In this document: piece after piece, positions 28,122 through 38,111 of the stretch
How positions within the stretch are numbered: position 1 is the stretch's first letter
How the letters are laid out: each line of letters opens with the position of its first letter
IMG/VR virus record: IMGVR_UViG_3300046488_000208
Coordinates: 1,285-65,284 of that record
DNA length: 64,000 bases
DNA from: a virus
Taxonomy: Duplodnaviria > Caudoviricetes
Strand: one strand, 5' to 3'
Made by a program: the position numbers and the translations under genes
Notes under the pieces: model-generated
Databases searched by the model: none
Seen by the model: the letters and a program-made list of their open reading frames with translations, nothing else
Told to the model about the DNA's origin: nothing

Positions 28122-28994
28122 ATGAAAAAAATTCTAAGTATTTTATTACTAATGTTTCTATGCGTATCATTAATCGGTCAAACGAAAACTGGTACACTGA
28201 AAATCTTTTCTGAACTAACCGGAATAAATGTTTATGTCGATGAAACTAAACAAACTACAGACATAACTTCTTTAGTACTTCCTGTTGGAAGTCACTATTT
28301 GAAAGTTTTGGTTGGAACGACAAGCGTATATGGCGAAATTGTTGAAATCAAAGAAAATACTGCAACTACTGTACTCATAAAGAATACTGGTCAGGTGCAA
28401 GAAAAAATAATGGATAGCAAAATTGCTGAACGTGAAGAATATAATAATTCTAAAGTAGACGTTGTTTTTTCAACAAATTCTTTAAGTCAGACTACAGGTA
28501 GAAGTGCCATGTATCCCGGATATTATGGTTATTACGGATTTTCCAATTCCAATACTGTCACAACCCAAGTATCTGATTTTAAAATCATAAAAGGTGGTGT
28601 TAAAGAAATTGGGGATGTATCATTAGCAGCACTGGCAGGAAACCAAGCCATTCTAAATCAAAATGCTGCTGATAATCTCAGAATAACAAAAATGACAAAT
28701 TGGGGAGCAGGTATATTCTTAGGAAGTTTCGTTATAGGTGGAACAGTATTGGCTGATATGCTCGTAAAAAAACCCTTTTTACATCCTGTTGGAACAACAG
28801 CAGGTGGATTTGAAGTCGGAGTGCTTGCAACTTGTATAGTCACAGGAATAATATCATATGGTTTGGTTATGGGTGCTGATAAATCTCGTCCCGACCATTA
28901 TTATACTGTTGATGGTGCTAACAAAGATGCCCAAGCATATGACAAAAAACTCAAAGAAAAATTGGGACTTCCTGAAAGTTATGATGTAAAATAA
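28122..28994 (+). CDS. Secreted/membrane protein with PEGA-like domain
   Basis: Signal peptide, GTLKIFSE..G..VYVD...LPVGSHYLKV, two C-terminal hydrophobic segments. Confidence 0.6.
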   Translation: MKKILSILLLMFLCVSLIGQTKTGTLKIFSELTGINVYVDETKQTTDITSLVLPVGSHYLKVLVGTTSVYGEIVEIKENTATTVLIKNTGQVQEKIMDSKIAEREEYNNSKVDVVFSTNSLSQTTGRSAMYPGYYGYYGFSNSNTVTTQVSDFKIIKGGVKEIGDVSLAALAGNQAILNQNAADNLRITKMTNWGAGIFLGSFVIGGTVLADMLVKKPFLHPVGTTAGGFEVGVLATCIVTGIISYGLVMGADKSRPDHYYTVDGANKDAQAYDKKLKEKLGLPESYDVK

Positions 28995-29010
28995 TTTATA
29001 AACAAATAAA

Positions 29011-29427
29011 ATGAAAAAAACTTTAATTTTATGTATTGCAACTATTCTGATAATTGGAATTGGATTTAGTTGTAAAAAAGAAACCCCACTTTCCGATTTT
29101 GTTATCGGAACGTGGAAATCCGACAGCCTTTTATTAGGCGATAAAGGTAGTGCTAAAGTTTGTTTTAGTGCTATTATAAAAACTAATGACACTTATGTAT
29201 TAACATTATTGCAAGGAACGCAGAGTTATACTTGTCCCGCTACAGGATATAGTGTAGACAATGACAAGAATACATTTACACTTACCGAACCAGATTTTGA
29301 CCCTAATGATGGAGTTACACCAACAGATACGCAAACATTTGATGTTGTTACTAACGGAAAATCAAAAATGACATGGACTCCACAAGTTAGTGGCGGTGCT
29401 CCAACAATGATTTGGACAAAACAATAA
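29011..29427 (+). CDS. Lipoprotein, lipocalin-like
   Basis: Lipobox GFSCKKE; IGTWK. Confidence 0.65.
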   Translation: MKKTLILCIATILIIGIGFSCKKETPLSDFVIGTWKSDSLLLGDKGSAKVCFSAIIKTNDTYVLTLLQGTQSYTCPATGYSVDNDKNTFTLTEPDFDPNDGVTPTDTQTFDVVTNGKSKMTWTPQVSGGAPTMIWTKQ

Positions 29428-29511
29428 ATAATTTAATACGACAATATAAAAGCCAGAGCAATCTGGCTTTTTTTGTTAATATCCGGACTATTTATATGAA
29501 ATTCAGTTTTC

Positions 29512-30354
29512 ATGAAGTCCTTACAGACAATTATACGAGAAGAATATACAAGATTTCTCAAAGAAGCGTACAATGATGAAGAAATTGATTATTCTTATTT
29601 TGAAATATATGATGAATTAAAAGGAGAACTATTCAATGATTTCCTATACCACAACAATCCAACATTTACTAAACATGTTCCTTGGACCGTCATACCCTTT
29701 CCAAGACTAAAAAAAGTTTGGGAAGACTATATGACCTATGGTTCTGTAAGAGATACAAGAGGCTTGGAAATGATTGAAGATATTGTAAAAAACAATACAA
29801 TGAAAGTCAGCATTTTCACAAACCTGGCAGGTCACACGCAATGGGGCGACCAAGAAGCATTCGATGAAAATATTGGATATTGGGTAGATGAACAACTTAA
29901 TTGTGTTTACAATAAACCTTTTGATAAAAATCAGCTTGAAATACCCTTTAGCAATCCTAAAAAGGGATATCAAGAACCTGAAGATAATTCGCCATGTAAT
30001 ACAACTGTTCATCCATTTGCTAAAAATTTTATCGAAGATAAATATGGTGATGAACTTCCAAGCAGAGACCAACTAAGAGAAACACTTTATGAAACAATGA
30101 CAGGTCAATTCTTCGATTATTATATGAATGACCCCGAAGGTAAAATGGGTGGCTTTATAAGTGATTATGGTCTGAAACCTCTTGAAGACCTACTTAGTAC
30201 ATTACTTAGAGCATCAAGTCCTGAAGAAAAACTACTTGTTATCGACCAAATGTTAAATGTTGTTCATCAACGTTCTGATATCGCTGATTGGTTTGTAGAA
30301 GGTGGTAAGCAATCACTTGCACAATTAAGCGGTAGTCCCGCAGAAGTTCAATAA
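29512..30354 (+). CDS. Putative virion-internal protein
   Basis: N-terminal IIREE..RFLKE motif; TATTTAT upstream. Confidence 0.55.
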   Translation: MKSLQTIIREEYTRFLKEAYNDEEIDYSYFEIYDELKGELFNDFLYHNNPTFTKHVPWTVIPFPRLKKVWEDYMTYGSVRDTRGLEMIEDIVKNNTMKVSIFTNLAGHTQWGDQEAFDENIGYWVDEQLNCVYNKPFDKNQLEIPFSNPKKGYQEPEDNSPCNTTVHPFAKNFIEDKYGDELPSRDQLRETLYETMTGQFFDYYMNDPEGKMGGFISDYGLKPLEDLLSTLLRASSPEEKLLVIDQMLNVVHQRSDIADWFVEGGKQSLAQLSGSPAEVQ

Positions 30355-30432
30355 AATTTCACGTAAATCCGACTTTTCGACAACTATTTTCTATTTATGG
30401 TAAAAATTATTTTACGTAAATTTATTATAAGT

Positions 30433-30750
30433 ATGAATATCAACGAATTATTCGAAAAACTACAAGAAGATATTCTTGGCAATTTAACAGGAGATTTGAT
30501 TTTAGAGGGTAATTGTATAGTATGGTCGTATGACCTTGACAGAGACGGTGCAACACAAGATATTGAAGCCAACGATGATGATGCTGAATTTGATTTTGCA
30601 TCAGCAACAAGTCCCGAAGAACTTCTACAAGAAGGATATGAAGAAGACAAAGAAGCAATTGAATTATTTCTCGATGGATTAGACGAAGATAATTGGACAA
30701 TATCAGACCCAGAAATTGAAGAAACTCAAATTACTTTTAAAATATTCTAA
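30433..30750 (+). CDS. Acidic hypothetical protein
   Basis: Trimmed to ATG MNINEL. Confidence 0.55.
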   Translation: MNINELFEKLQEDILGNLTGDLILEGNCIVWSYDLDRDGATQDIEANDDDAEFDFASATSPEELLQEGYEEDKEAIELFLDGLDEDNWTISDPEIEETQITFKIF

Positions 30751-30812
30751 GTTTTCTGTAACATTCTCCCGTAATTTTCGTATAATTGCATAATTATAAA
30801 AACGAATTTATT

Positions 30813-31817
30813 ATGGGTGGTAAAGCATTAAATAAGTACGGTGTATTCACCGAAAGAAAAAGCACAGCAGAATTCATTCAAATTGGAAGTGAACTTAGTA
30901 TTAAAGTATTCTATGACTTAACATTATTCACTTCTGTCGTTACTTGTTATCGTACCAAGGCAGACCACGGTGACTTGGACTTACTTATCAAAGTTCCGGC
31001 AAATACCAACATCAATTGGAAAGATTATATTAAGAATGCTTTTATGCCAAATGCTATCAATGCCAATGGTGGAGTTTATTCATTCGACTATAAAGGATTC
31101 CAAGTTGATTTCATTCCGATTTCAGAAAGTAAATGGGAAACCGCATTAATTTATTTCTCATACGACCCTTTGGGAAATATCATGGGTAAGACTTACCATA
31201 AGTTTGGATTATCATATGGTTGGGAAGGTTTGTTCTATAAGTACAGGAATGTTCATGGAACAAACTCAGAAAATATTCTACTCACCAATGATGCGAGAAA
31301 AATTTTTGACTTCGGTGGATATGATTATGATAGATACTTGAAGGGTTTTGATACTCTTGAAGAAATATTCAAATTCTGTATTGATGGTAAGTACTTTGAT
31401 TCAGAAATGTTTCAAATGGAAAATTTGAAGAGTCTTGACAAGAAAAGAAACCGTAAGAGAGGTTCATATCACTTGTTCTTGAATTACATCAAGGACAATG
31501 GCATCAATACCAAATACGATTTCGAAGAAGATAAGGATATGTATCTTATCGACATTGATGCAGCTTTTCCGGAAGCCGAATTACTGTATAAACTGCATGA
31601 TTTGGATGTAAGGGATGAATTGGCTAAAGCATTAGCAGATAAATTCAATGGCGAAATCGTCATGGAATGGCTTCCCGACCTTAAAGGAAAAGAATTGGGT
31701 CAAGCTATTGGTAAGTTCAAAGATGCTTTGGGTGATGATTACGAAGATTTTATTATGGACTCAAGTAGTGATGAAATTTTCAATAGATTTATGATTGTAT
31801 ATCATGGAAGAAATTAG
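30813..31817 (+). CDS. Nucleotidyltransferase-fold (Pol beta-like) protein
   Basis: MGGKAL; K.DHGDLDLL; FQVDFI. Confidence 0.65.
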   Translation: MGGKALNKYGVFTERKSTAEFIQIGSELSIKVFYDLTLFTSVVTCYRTKADHGDLDLLIKVPANTNINWKDYIKNAFMPNAINANGGVYSFDYKGFQVDFIPISESKWETALIYFSYDPLGNIMGKTYHKFGLSYGWEGLFYKYRNVHGTNSENILLTNDARKIFDFGGYDYDRYLKGFDTLEEIFKFCIDGKYFDSEMFQMENLKSLDKKRNRKRGSYHLFLNYIKDNGINTKYDFEEDKDMYLIDIDAAFPEAELLYKLHDLDVRDELAKALADKFNGEIVMEWLPDLKGKELGQAIGKFKDALGDDYEDFIMDSSSDEIFNRFMIVYHGRN

Positions 31818-32694
31818 CGCAGGTAAAGAACGCAATAATATTCTGAAAGTCGGAAGCAAGAATTTAAATTCCGAAAACTGGAAGGTTTATCATCCGTCTG
31901 GAAGACATATGTTCACCTGTGGCGAAAAGAAAGCCAAGTGGTATACTGAAAGAGGTTTGGCAAAGGTCATCGGTAAAAAGATGATTGGATTGACCTTTAT
32001 TCCAAAAGGTAATGGCTTTGAGGACAACGAAGAATTTGGTCGTAGTATTCGGGAAGCAAGGTGTGTGGTAAGCGGTATTGAAGAAGGTCTGCAGAGGCAT
32101 CATATTGTACCGTATTGTTATCGCACATATTTCCCCGAAATCTATAAATCAAAAAATCATCATGATGTAGTTCTTATTAATCATGAACTTCACTCACAAT
32201 ATGAGCAAAAAGCCAATAATTATAAGGATGAAATCGCCAGAATTTATGGTGTTAAAACTATTGGTGAACTTAACAGTGAATATACTGGCAAATTACGTGA
32301 AGCAGGCAAAGATAATTCAATTCTACTGAACGCAATTCATTCACTATTTAAATGTTATGGCAGAGTAGCAGAAGCCGTTAAATTGGAAAAGCTATACTTT
32401 ATTGCAGAGCATACTGGTATTCCGTTTGAAACAATTTGCGATTATAACTATATGCAACTCTATAAGATTTATTTATACCTACAAGTTTTGCACGAAAAAG
32501 AAATTTACGACTTTAAAGCAGAAAATCGTATTCTTTACGACCACGGATATCATGTTGCACAGAAACTCGATACTGAGGAAAAAATCGAAGAATTTGTTAA
32601 ACTCTGGAGAAATCATTTTATCGATACTATGCATCCCCAATTTATGCCAATTGGATGGTCAGTAGATTTCCGTATTAAAACAAAAATTTTATAA
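31804..32694 (+). CDS. HNH-like protein resembling the EXD2 C-terminal region
   Basis: MFTCGEKKAKWY..RG; CVVSG....LQRHHIVPYCYR.YFP...KS.NHHDVVL....H; WR.HF..TM.P.FMP.GWSV. Confidence 0.65.
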   Translation: MEEISAGKERNNILKVGSKNLNSENWKVYHPSGRHMFTCGEKKAKWYTERGLAKVIGKKMIGLTFIPKGNGFEDNEEFGRSIREARCVVSGIEEGLQRHHIVPYCYRTYFPEIYKSKNHHDVVLINHELHSQYEQKANNYKDEIARIYGVKTIGELNSEYTGKLREAGKDNSILLNAIHSLFKCYGRVAEAVKLEKLYFIAEHTGIPFETICDYNYMQLYKIYLYLQVLHEKEIYDFKAENRILYDHGYHVAQKLDTEEKIEEFVKLWRNHFIDTMHPQFMPIGWSVDFRIKTKIL

Positions 32695-32749
32695 ATCCTT
32701 GCGCATTTCAATAATTTTAACTAATATTGTTCATTAAATAAAAATAAAT

Positions 32750-33247
32750 ATGAAGCTATACAAAGCATTAAAAGCAAGAAAAAAATTAGTTGGTGAAATC
32801 GCTAAACTAAAGGACCAGATTAAAAATAAGAATTCTTATCTGGCAGGTTCTTCGAGTGCCGATAAATTCGATGTGGATAAGGTATATGCCGAACTCCAAG
32901 CAAAAGTCAATGAATTAATTGGTCTTAAGTTCATTATAAATGAAGCCAATCATCCGATTCAAGAGCAAATTTACAGACTCTCAGAAGCAAAAGCAATGAT
33001 TGTTTTCTGGAACGAAGTAAGTGTTGTCGAAGGTCTGCAGTCTATTGGCTACAGCGATACCATAAAGGATTATAAGGTTCACACAGATGAAGCCAAACGC
33101 AACGAAATAGTTGTAGGATTTCAGAAAAAGGTTGATGCTGTTCAGGACGAAATCGATAATTTTAATTATACCACTGATATTCCTTGGGGTGATGCAAGTG
33201 AAGACCTACAAGAAATAGACGAATCGCCTGTAACAGAACTGAAGTAA
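32750..33247 (+). CDS. DIP1984-family coiled-coil protein
   Basis: MKL.KALK.RK.L...I..LK..I; LK..I..AN; QDEID.FN.TT.I. Confidence 0.6.
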   Translation: MKLYKALKARKKLVGEIAKLKDQIKNKNSYLAGSSSADKFDVDKVYAELQAKVNELIGLKFIINEANHPIQEQIYRLSEAKAMIVFWNEVSVVEGLQSIGYSDTIKDYKVHTDEAKRNEIVVGFQKKVDAVQDEIDNFNYTTDIPWGDASEDLQEIDESPVTELK

Positions 33248-33254
33248 AGAAACT

Positions 33255-33424
33255 GAAGTGTGCTTTCGAGTAGCTAAGACATACTGAGATATTCGCAACT
33301 ACTATGGTCAACGATAATGACAATGAATGTTCAAGTTTCCGATAGTCATGTAGTTAAATTTCAATCTTCAAGTCTCAAGACTCATTTTGAAATCTCTTTT
33401 GTTTTTACCAAAGAAACACACTTC
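33255..33424 (+). ncRNA. Putative structured RNA downstream of DIP1984-like gene
   Basis: gaagtgtg.tttc/gaaacacacttc closing stem; repeated (T/C)TCAA. Confidence 0.35.
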
Positions 33425-33439
33425 TTTTTATTTTAAATT

Positions 33440-34513
33440 ATGACAACCATAAAATTTGATTTTGATGATATACTGATTGTCCCCAAGGTGCATGGTGACA
33501 TATCAAGCAGATATAAAGACATTATATTACCAAGTAAATTACCATTATTTACTGCACCAATGGACACTGTGGTAAATTATGAGAATAAGAATATTTTTCT
33601 TGAAAACAAAATTAATGTTGTTCTACCAAGAACAGTCCCTTATTTACAATTTCTTGCAAAAGAAGTTATGGCAGGAAAACTTGACGATGGTGGCGTTTTT
33701 GTTAGCTTTGGATTAAATAATATTCGAACACATATTACTGGCGTTCAAAGATTTCATAAAAATGCAAATATTCTTATTGATGTTGCCAATGGTCATATGA
33801 AACTGATTGTAGATATTTGTAAAGAAATAAAAAAATTCAGACCAGACGTAACGATAATGGTAGGTAATATTGCCAATCCAGAAACTTATCGTTGGTATGC
33901 AGAAAATAATTGCGTTGATTATATTCGTGTAGGCATCGGTAATGGCAATGGGTGCATAACTTCAAAACAATCAGGCGTTGGATATCCATTAGCATCACTA
34001 ATACAGGAAGTATTTCATGAAAAATTATTATATGTATATGACCATAAAGATGACAATGATTTTAAATTTGCCCCTGCCATTGTTGCAGATGGTGGCATGA
34101 AAGATTATGCGGATATTATTAAAGCATTTGCATTGGGTGCTGATTATGTGATGATTGGTTCAATTTTTAATAAGGCATTAGAAAGTTGTGCTGACAATTA
34201 TGTACATGGTATTAAAATTGGCAAGGAACTTGCTAATCGTTTATTCGACAAAGGCTATCCAATAAAAAAGTATTTCAGAGGCATGAGTACCAAGGAAGCG
34301 CAAAAAGCAATGGGAAAGACCCGTTTAAAGACTTCTGAGGGCGTTACGAGATACAGGAAGGTAGAATATCACCTAAATGGCTGGGTTGAAAATTTCGAGC
34401 ATTACTTGCGAAATGCAATGAGTTATAGTGATGCCCGGACATTAAACGATTTTATTGGAAAAGCCGATATTTGCCAAATTACTGATAAAGCATATGTTAG
34501 ACTTAACAAATAA
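33440..34513 (+). CDS. IMP dehydrogenase / GMP reductase family protein
   Basis: FDFDDILIVP, APMDTV, IDVANGH, RVGIGNGNGCIT, IVADGG, GADYVMIGS, FRGMS. Confidence 0.85.
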   Translation: MTTIKFDFDDILIVPKVHGDISSRYKDIILPSKLPLFTAPMDTVVNYENKNIFLENKINVVLPRTVPYLQFLAKEVMAGKLDDGGVFVSFGLNNIRTHITGVQRFHKNANILIDVANGHMKLIVDICKEIKKFRPDVTIMVGNIANPETYRWYAENNCVDYIRVGIGNGNGCITSKQSGVGYPLASLIQEVFHEKLLYVYDHKDDNDFKFAPAIVADGGMKDYADIIKAFALGADYVMIGSIFNKALESCADNYVHGIKIGKELANRLFDKGYPIKKYFRGMSTKEAQKAMGKTRLKTSEGVTRYRKVEYHLNGWVENFEHYLRNAMSYSDARTLNDFIGKADICQITDKAYVRLNK

Positions 34514-34856
34514 AAACGTTGATGAAATTAATGCGCACATACAAAAATATGCATCTGTATTAGAATTACTGAATCCCCAGTATCAGCCGTACATGGCTCT
34601 CATCATCGACATTAGCATTAGACATATTCAAGAAAAACATCCAAATTTACCTGTTGATTGGAAAGCCTGGTCTATCGTAGTTCTTAAAAATAAATATTTT
34701 AAGGGTAAAGTCAAAAAAGAATCGGATATTCCTATCATAATTGATGAATTCATTCAGCACTATAAGGACAATTATGCTGAATACATTCAGCAACTTGGAG
34801 TATCTTCAACTGAATTTGATAGAGATTATGGTTTTGTCTGCAAGTTTATAAAATAA
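34494..34856 (+). CDS. Hypothetical protein
   Basis: Trimmed to ATG. Confidence 0.5.
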   Translation: MLDLTNKNVDEINAHIQKYASVLELLNPQYQPYMALIIDISIRHIQEKHPNLPVDWKAWSIVVLKNKYFKGKVKKESDIPIIIDEFIQHYKDNYAEYIQQLGVSSTEFDRDYGFVCKFIK

Positions 34857-34919
34857 AAATCGGTAGAAATCTTCCGTTTTTCTACCGATTTAAAATATTA
34901 TCGTCCGATTATCGTCCGA

Positions 34920-35084
34920 TTATTGTGTTTGGATTTCCTCTAATTCGGTTTCGTATTTTAATTTTAAGATTTTTAGACTTTTTGTTTTCTTATTAGAAGT
35001 ATCGTATTTTTCAAAATTACTGATTTTCTGTGCTAATTCAGCAATTTTATGCTCTAATGCTTTAACGTCTCTATCTTTAGCCAT
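34920..35084 (-). CDS. Small coiled-coil hypothetical protein (54 aa)
   Basis: Hand-translated MAKDRDVKALEHKIAELAQK...; GTATTTATA upstream on - strand. Confidence 0.5.
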   Translation of the reverse strand: MAKDRDVKALEHKIAELAQKISNFEKYDTSNKKTKSLKILKLKYETELEEIQTQ

Positions 35085-35181
35085 AGCTTTGAATTTAAGT
35101 ATAAAATAATTTTCTTATAAATACTAAAGTACTTGCATTTATAGCCGACATTAACTATATTTGCTTACTAAATTTTTACTC

Positions 35182-35409
35182 ATGGAAAAATATGTCAGAT
35201 ACAAGAGATTCAGTGAAACCCATACTGAAATTACAGTACAGGAATTTTACAATAAGTTAATTACTGAAGGTTGGGAAATCATTTACTATAACGAAATAAT
35301 ACATCCTGTCGGAGCATTAGCTGGCGGTCCACAAAATATGACGTTTTACGTAGTTGTCGTAGCAGGCAAAAGACAAGAGGACACGCTATCAAAGCCAAGT
35401 GTATTATGA
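35182..35409 (+). CDS. Hypothetical protein
   Basis: Trimmed to ATG. Confidence 0.5.
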   Translation: MEKYVRYKRFSETHTEITVQEFYNKLITEGWEIIYYNEIIHPVGALAGGPQNMTFYVVVVAGKRQEDTLSKPSVL

Positions 35410-35579
35410 GCATAAATTCGGGATATCTCGTCAAGACAAAAACGGGAAAAGAGGGTAGAACCTATCACCGAGATAATAAAGTCAAAGGCAAAGTGGTAGT
35501 GTACGTATTTATTGATGGTAAAGAAGTCAAAATGCTCTGTGACCCCGAAACCATAGAAATAATTGGATTTGTAGATTAA
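35406..35579 (+). CDS. Small hypothetical protein (57 aa)
   Basis: Hand-translated MSINSGYLVKTKTGKEGRTYH...; ATGA overlap. Confidence 0.5.
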   Translation: MSINSGYLVKTKTGKEGRTYHRDNKVKGKVVVYVFIDGKEVKMLCDPETIEIIGFVD

Positions 35580-35586
35580 CAATAAA

Positions 35587-35988
35587 ATGGAAGAATTAAA
35601 TTTAAAACCCGGACACACATACCTGCTCAGATATGGCTGTACGGATACTGTGCATGAAGTCAAGGTACTTTTAGCAACAGATAAAGCATACAACCTAAAA
35701 TGGCAAAGCGGTACTAACTCATGGGAACTTAAAAGACGTATGGATAGCGATTATACTGTTGTTGAAGACATTACGATGGTCGCCAATGATTTATCATTTG
35801 ATTGGTTAAAAGCCAATATGCCGGATTTCAAAGTAAAGTTTCCAAACTTTTACGTAGAAGAAATCTGTCCTATTTGTGTTGGTACGGGACAGGTACAGAG
35901 TTTTGAAACAACTGCAGGAACAAAAACCTGCCCAACCTGTAATGGTAGCGGAAAGAAATCAAAAAAAGTCACATTATCATTTGACTAA
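35587..35988 (+). CDS. Protein with DnaJ-type CxxCxGxG zinc finger
   Basis: CPICVGTG...CPTCNGSG. Confidence 0.6.
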   Translation: MEELNLKPGHTYLLRYGCTDTVHEVKVLLATDKAYNLKWQSGTNSWELKRRMDSDYTVVEDITMVANDLSFDWLKANMPDFKVKFPNFYVEEICPICVGTGQVQSFETTAGTKTCPTCNGSGKKSKKVTLSFD

Positions 35989-36018
35989 ATTGACTGTATT
36001 TATTGAGAAAGACAATAA

Positions 36019-36972
36019 ATGCTTTCGATAGCACAATTAATTAGGGAAGAAATACAAGATTTTGTTAAAGACTATTGGCAGGATGACAATAAGCCATCAC
36101 TTGCTGATAAGGTTTTTTCAAAAAATCAAGGCGTGGACCTTAAACAGAACACACCTATCAATGCCGAATTAATTGGAAAAGCAGACAACCAATATCCGGT
36201 TTATAAAAATCCTAAGAGTCTTGAAGGGTTTGCGGGTAATACCAGAGGAATATTAATGGCAAATGGTGACCTATATCTCTCAAAAACATTTTATGCACTA
36301 CATAAAGCAATACTAAACTTATTATCTGTGCATAATATCGTACCATTTGCAGCTCAGTATAATTATGATTTAGAATATCCACAGGAATTCGTGGCAATTG
36401 AAAGAGTCGGATTTTCAGACATGTTTTCACAATCCGAAGCATATGAAGAATTTCCAAATTATTACTATGAAATCTTCGATAACGGTAGTGCCAAACAGCC
36501 GTATACATTTAAATATCTCGAAGACGATAACCTTAATGAATTAGAAAGTCCATTAGACCCGAATTATAATGGTGTTATGTCAAACATACCGCCAGGATAT
36601 GTTCATGGAATTCTGGACGAATTAAATAAAGATAAGATGAAAAACAACAAAGTACAAGACGTAATTAAAAGCGTAATTAAAGAATTTGCCTATGAAGGCA
36701 ATGTAGCAGAAATAGAGATAACTCCGACAGAACAAGACCCACGTTCTGGCAAGAAACAGCAAAAAAACTTTGATGTCAACTATAATAAAACTGTTGATGG
36801 AGTACCTCTTGAAATTACTGGTGTTTTATCACCATATAATACGGGTAGAGGTACGGAGTATGAATTTCAACCAGACTTTTTCACCGATGTTGAAGCCGAA
36901 AATTACTTTAACGAGAATTGGGAAACTGTTCAAGACGAAATATTGGACAAATTATACGACAAAAATCGCTAA
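36019..36972 (+). CDS. Putative virion-internal protein sharing the repeat domain of 49871..52504
   Basis: LIREEI N-terminus; ADK...PVYKNPKSLEGF..NTRGI...GDLY. Confidence 0.6.
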   Translation: MLSIAQLIREEIQDFVKDYWQDDNKPSLADKVFSKNQGVDLKQNTPINAELIGKADNQYPVYKNPKSLEGFAGNTRGILMANGDLYLSKTFYALHKAILNLLSVHNIVPFAAQYNYDLEYPQEFVAIERVGFSDMFSQSEAYEEFPNYYYEIFDNGSAKQPYTFKYLEDDNLNELESPLDPNYNGVMSNIPPGYVHGILDELNKDKMKNNKVQDVIKSVIKEFAYEGNVAEIEITPTEQDPRSGKKQQKNFDVNYNKTVDGVPLEITGVLSPYNTGRGTEYEFQPDFFTDVEAENYFNENWETVQDEILDKLYDKNR

Positions 36973-37005
36973 TTTTTCTTATTTTTTCTAATTCTTAATT
37001 GGTAA

Positions 37006-37248
37006 TCAAGTAAGTACATCGTGTATGGATGGTTGCCTTGGAAGTAGTTCTACAAGCGTTTGAAAGAACTCTTCGTACTTTTTTACCTTACCTTTATTCT
37101 TTGCTGCCCTTATTTCCAGCTTCTGAATATGTTTGTAAAGCATTTCATCGTCTTCATTTTTCGAAGTCCGGAGTTTTTCTTTAAACTCATTGTACTTTTC
37201 TTCACATTTGTTGTCATACGCAGCTTGTGCGTGGTCAAAATATGCCAT
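37006..37248 (-). CDS. Hypothetical protein
   Basis: ORF track. Confidence 0.55.
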   Translation of the reverse strand: MAYFDHAQAAYDNKCEEKYNEFKEKLRTSKNEDDEMLYKHIQKLEIRAAKNKGKVKKYEEFFQTLVELLPRQPSIHDVLT

Positions 37249-37253
37249 ATAAA

Positions 37254-37958
37254 TTATAATTTATCAAACTCAGGTATCCAACGTTTGGGAAGTCTTCTGA
37301 ATTTAAAGGTCTTAGCTTCAAGTATTTCCTTATCGGGTTCAGAATCCATCCAAGGTCTGACTTCGGTTTTTTTGCCTTTTTTTCTCTCCTTAACCGATAC
37401 GTCAAAAATAGCAATATCTTTTTTCCAGAAATGCCAAATATCTCGATTCTGACCACAATGCCATAAACTGAAATTGCAGAAATAATGGGTGTAGTTCTTT
37501 TTAAGATATTCTTCAACTTCACGCATATATCCTTTGAGAACAAAGTTGCCTTTGTATTTGGAATACACGAAACACAGACAATATGCGCCACCAGACATTC
37601 CCCGTTTTCCATCAGCAGGAATTTCAATGGCAGGATATTTCTTATTTAAAAGTGCTCGTTGCTTTTTCTCGTAGATTTTTTCGGCTTGTTCTCGATAGTA
37701 TTCATAACTATCGACATTCGTGACTTGTTTCTTTTCATCAGCAGTAAGTTCTCTCTTGAAACTCAAACCAGTCCTGTTTAAAAATACTTGCCAAGCAATT
37801 TTTTCAATTTCCAAATTTTTATTATTTGGCGTTGGTAATTTTGAACTCTGCATATCATTACAATTTGCGTGTCTACCACAAAGTTCACAGCAACCCTGTG
37901 ACCTTCCCATTGTTATAGGATAGCCATTTTTTTCTGCACAATCGTTACAATAGAACAT
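37254..37958 (-). CDS. Hypothetical protein with N-terminal Cys cluster
   Basis: MFYCNDC...CCELCG...C; downstream of ncRNA cluster. Confidence 0.6.
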   Translation of the reverse strand: MFYCNDCAEKNGYPITMGRSQGCCELCGRHANCNDMQSSKLPTPNNKNLEIEKIAWQVFLNRTGLSFKRELTADEKKQVTNVDSYEYYREQAEKIYEKKQRALLNKKYPAIEIPADGKRGMSGGAYCLCFVYSKYKGNFVLKGYMREVEEYLKKNYTHYFCNFSLWHCGQNRDIWHFWKKDIAIFDVSVKERKKGKKTEVRPWMDSEPDKEILEAKTFKFRRLPKRWIPEFDKL

Positions 37959-37982
37959 ATTTTCAGTTTTAAAAATTTAAAA

Positions 37983-38106
37983 GTTTAGGGAAGCACGGGA
38001 AGAGTCGGTCAGTTAAGCGTTTATATTTCGACCAGATTCCCGTGCCTCCGGGTCAGTTAAGCGTTCTATATAAGACCACTCACTTGCCTTTCGACAAGAC
38101 CTAAAC
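37983..38106 (-). ncRNA. Multi-branch RNA with two identical AACGCUUAACU loops
   Basis: 15-nt direct repeat at 38007 and 38051; gtttagg/cctaaac closure; long GC-rich stem. Confidence 0.5.
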
Positions 38107-38111
38107 AGTTG

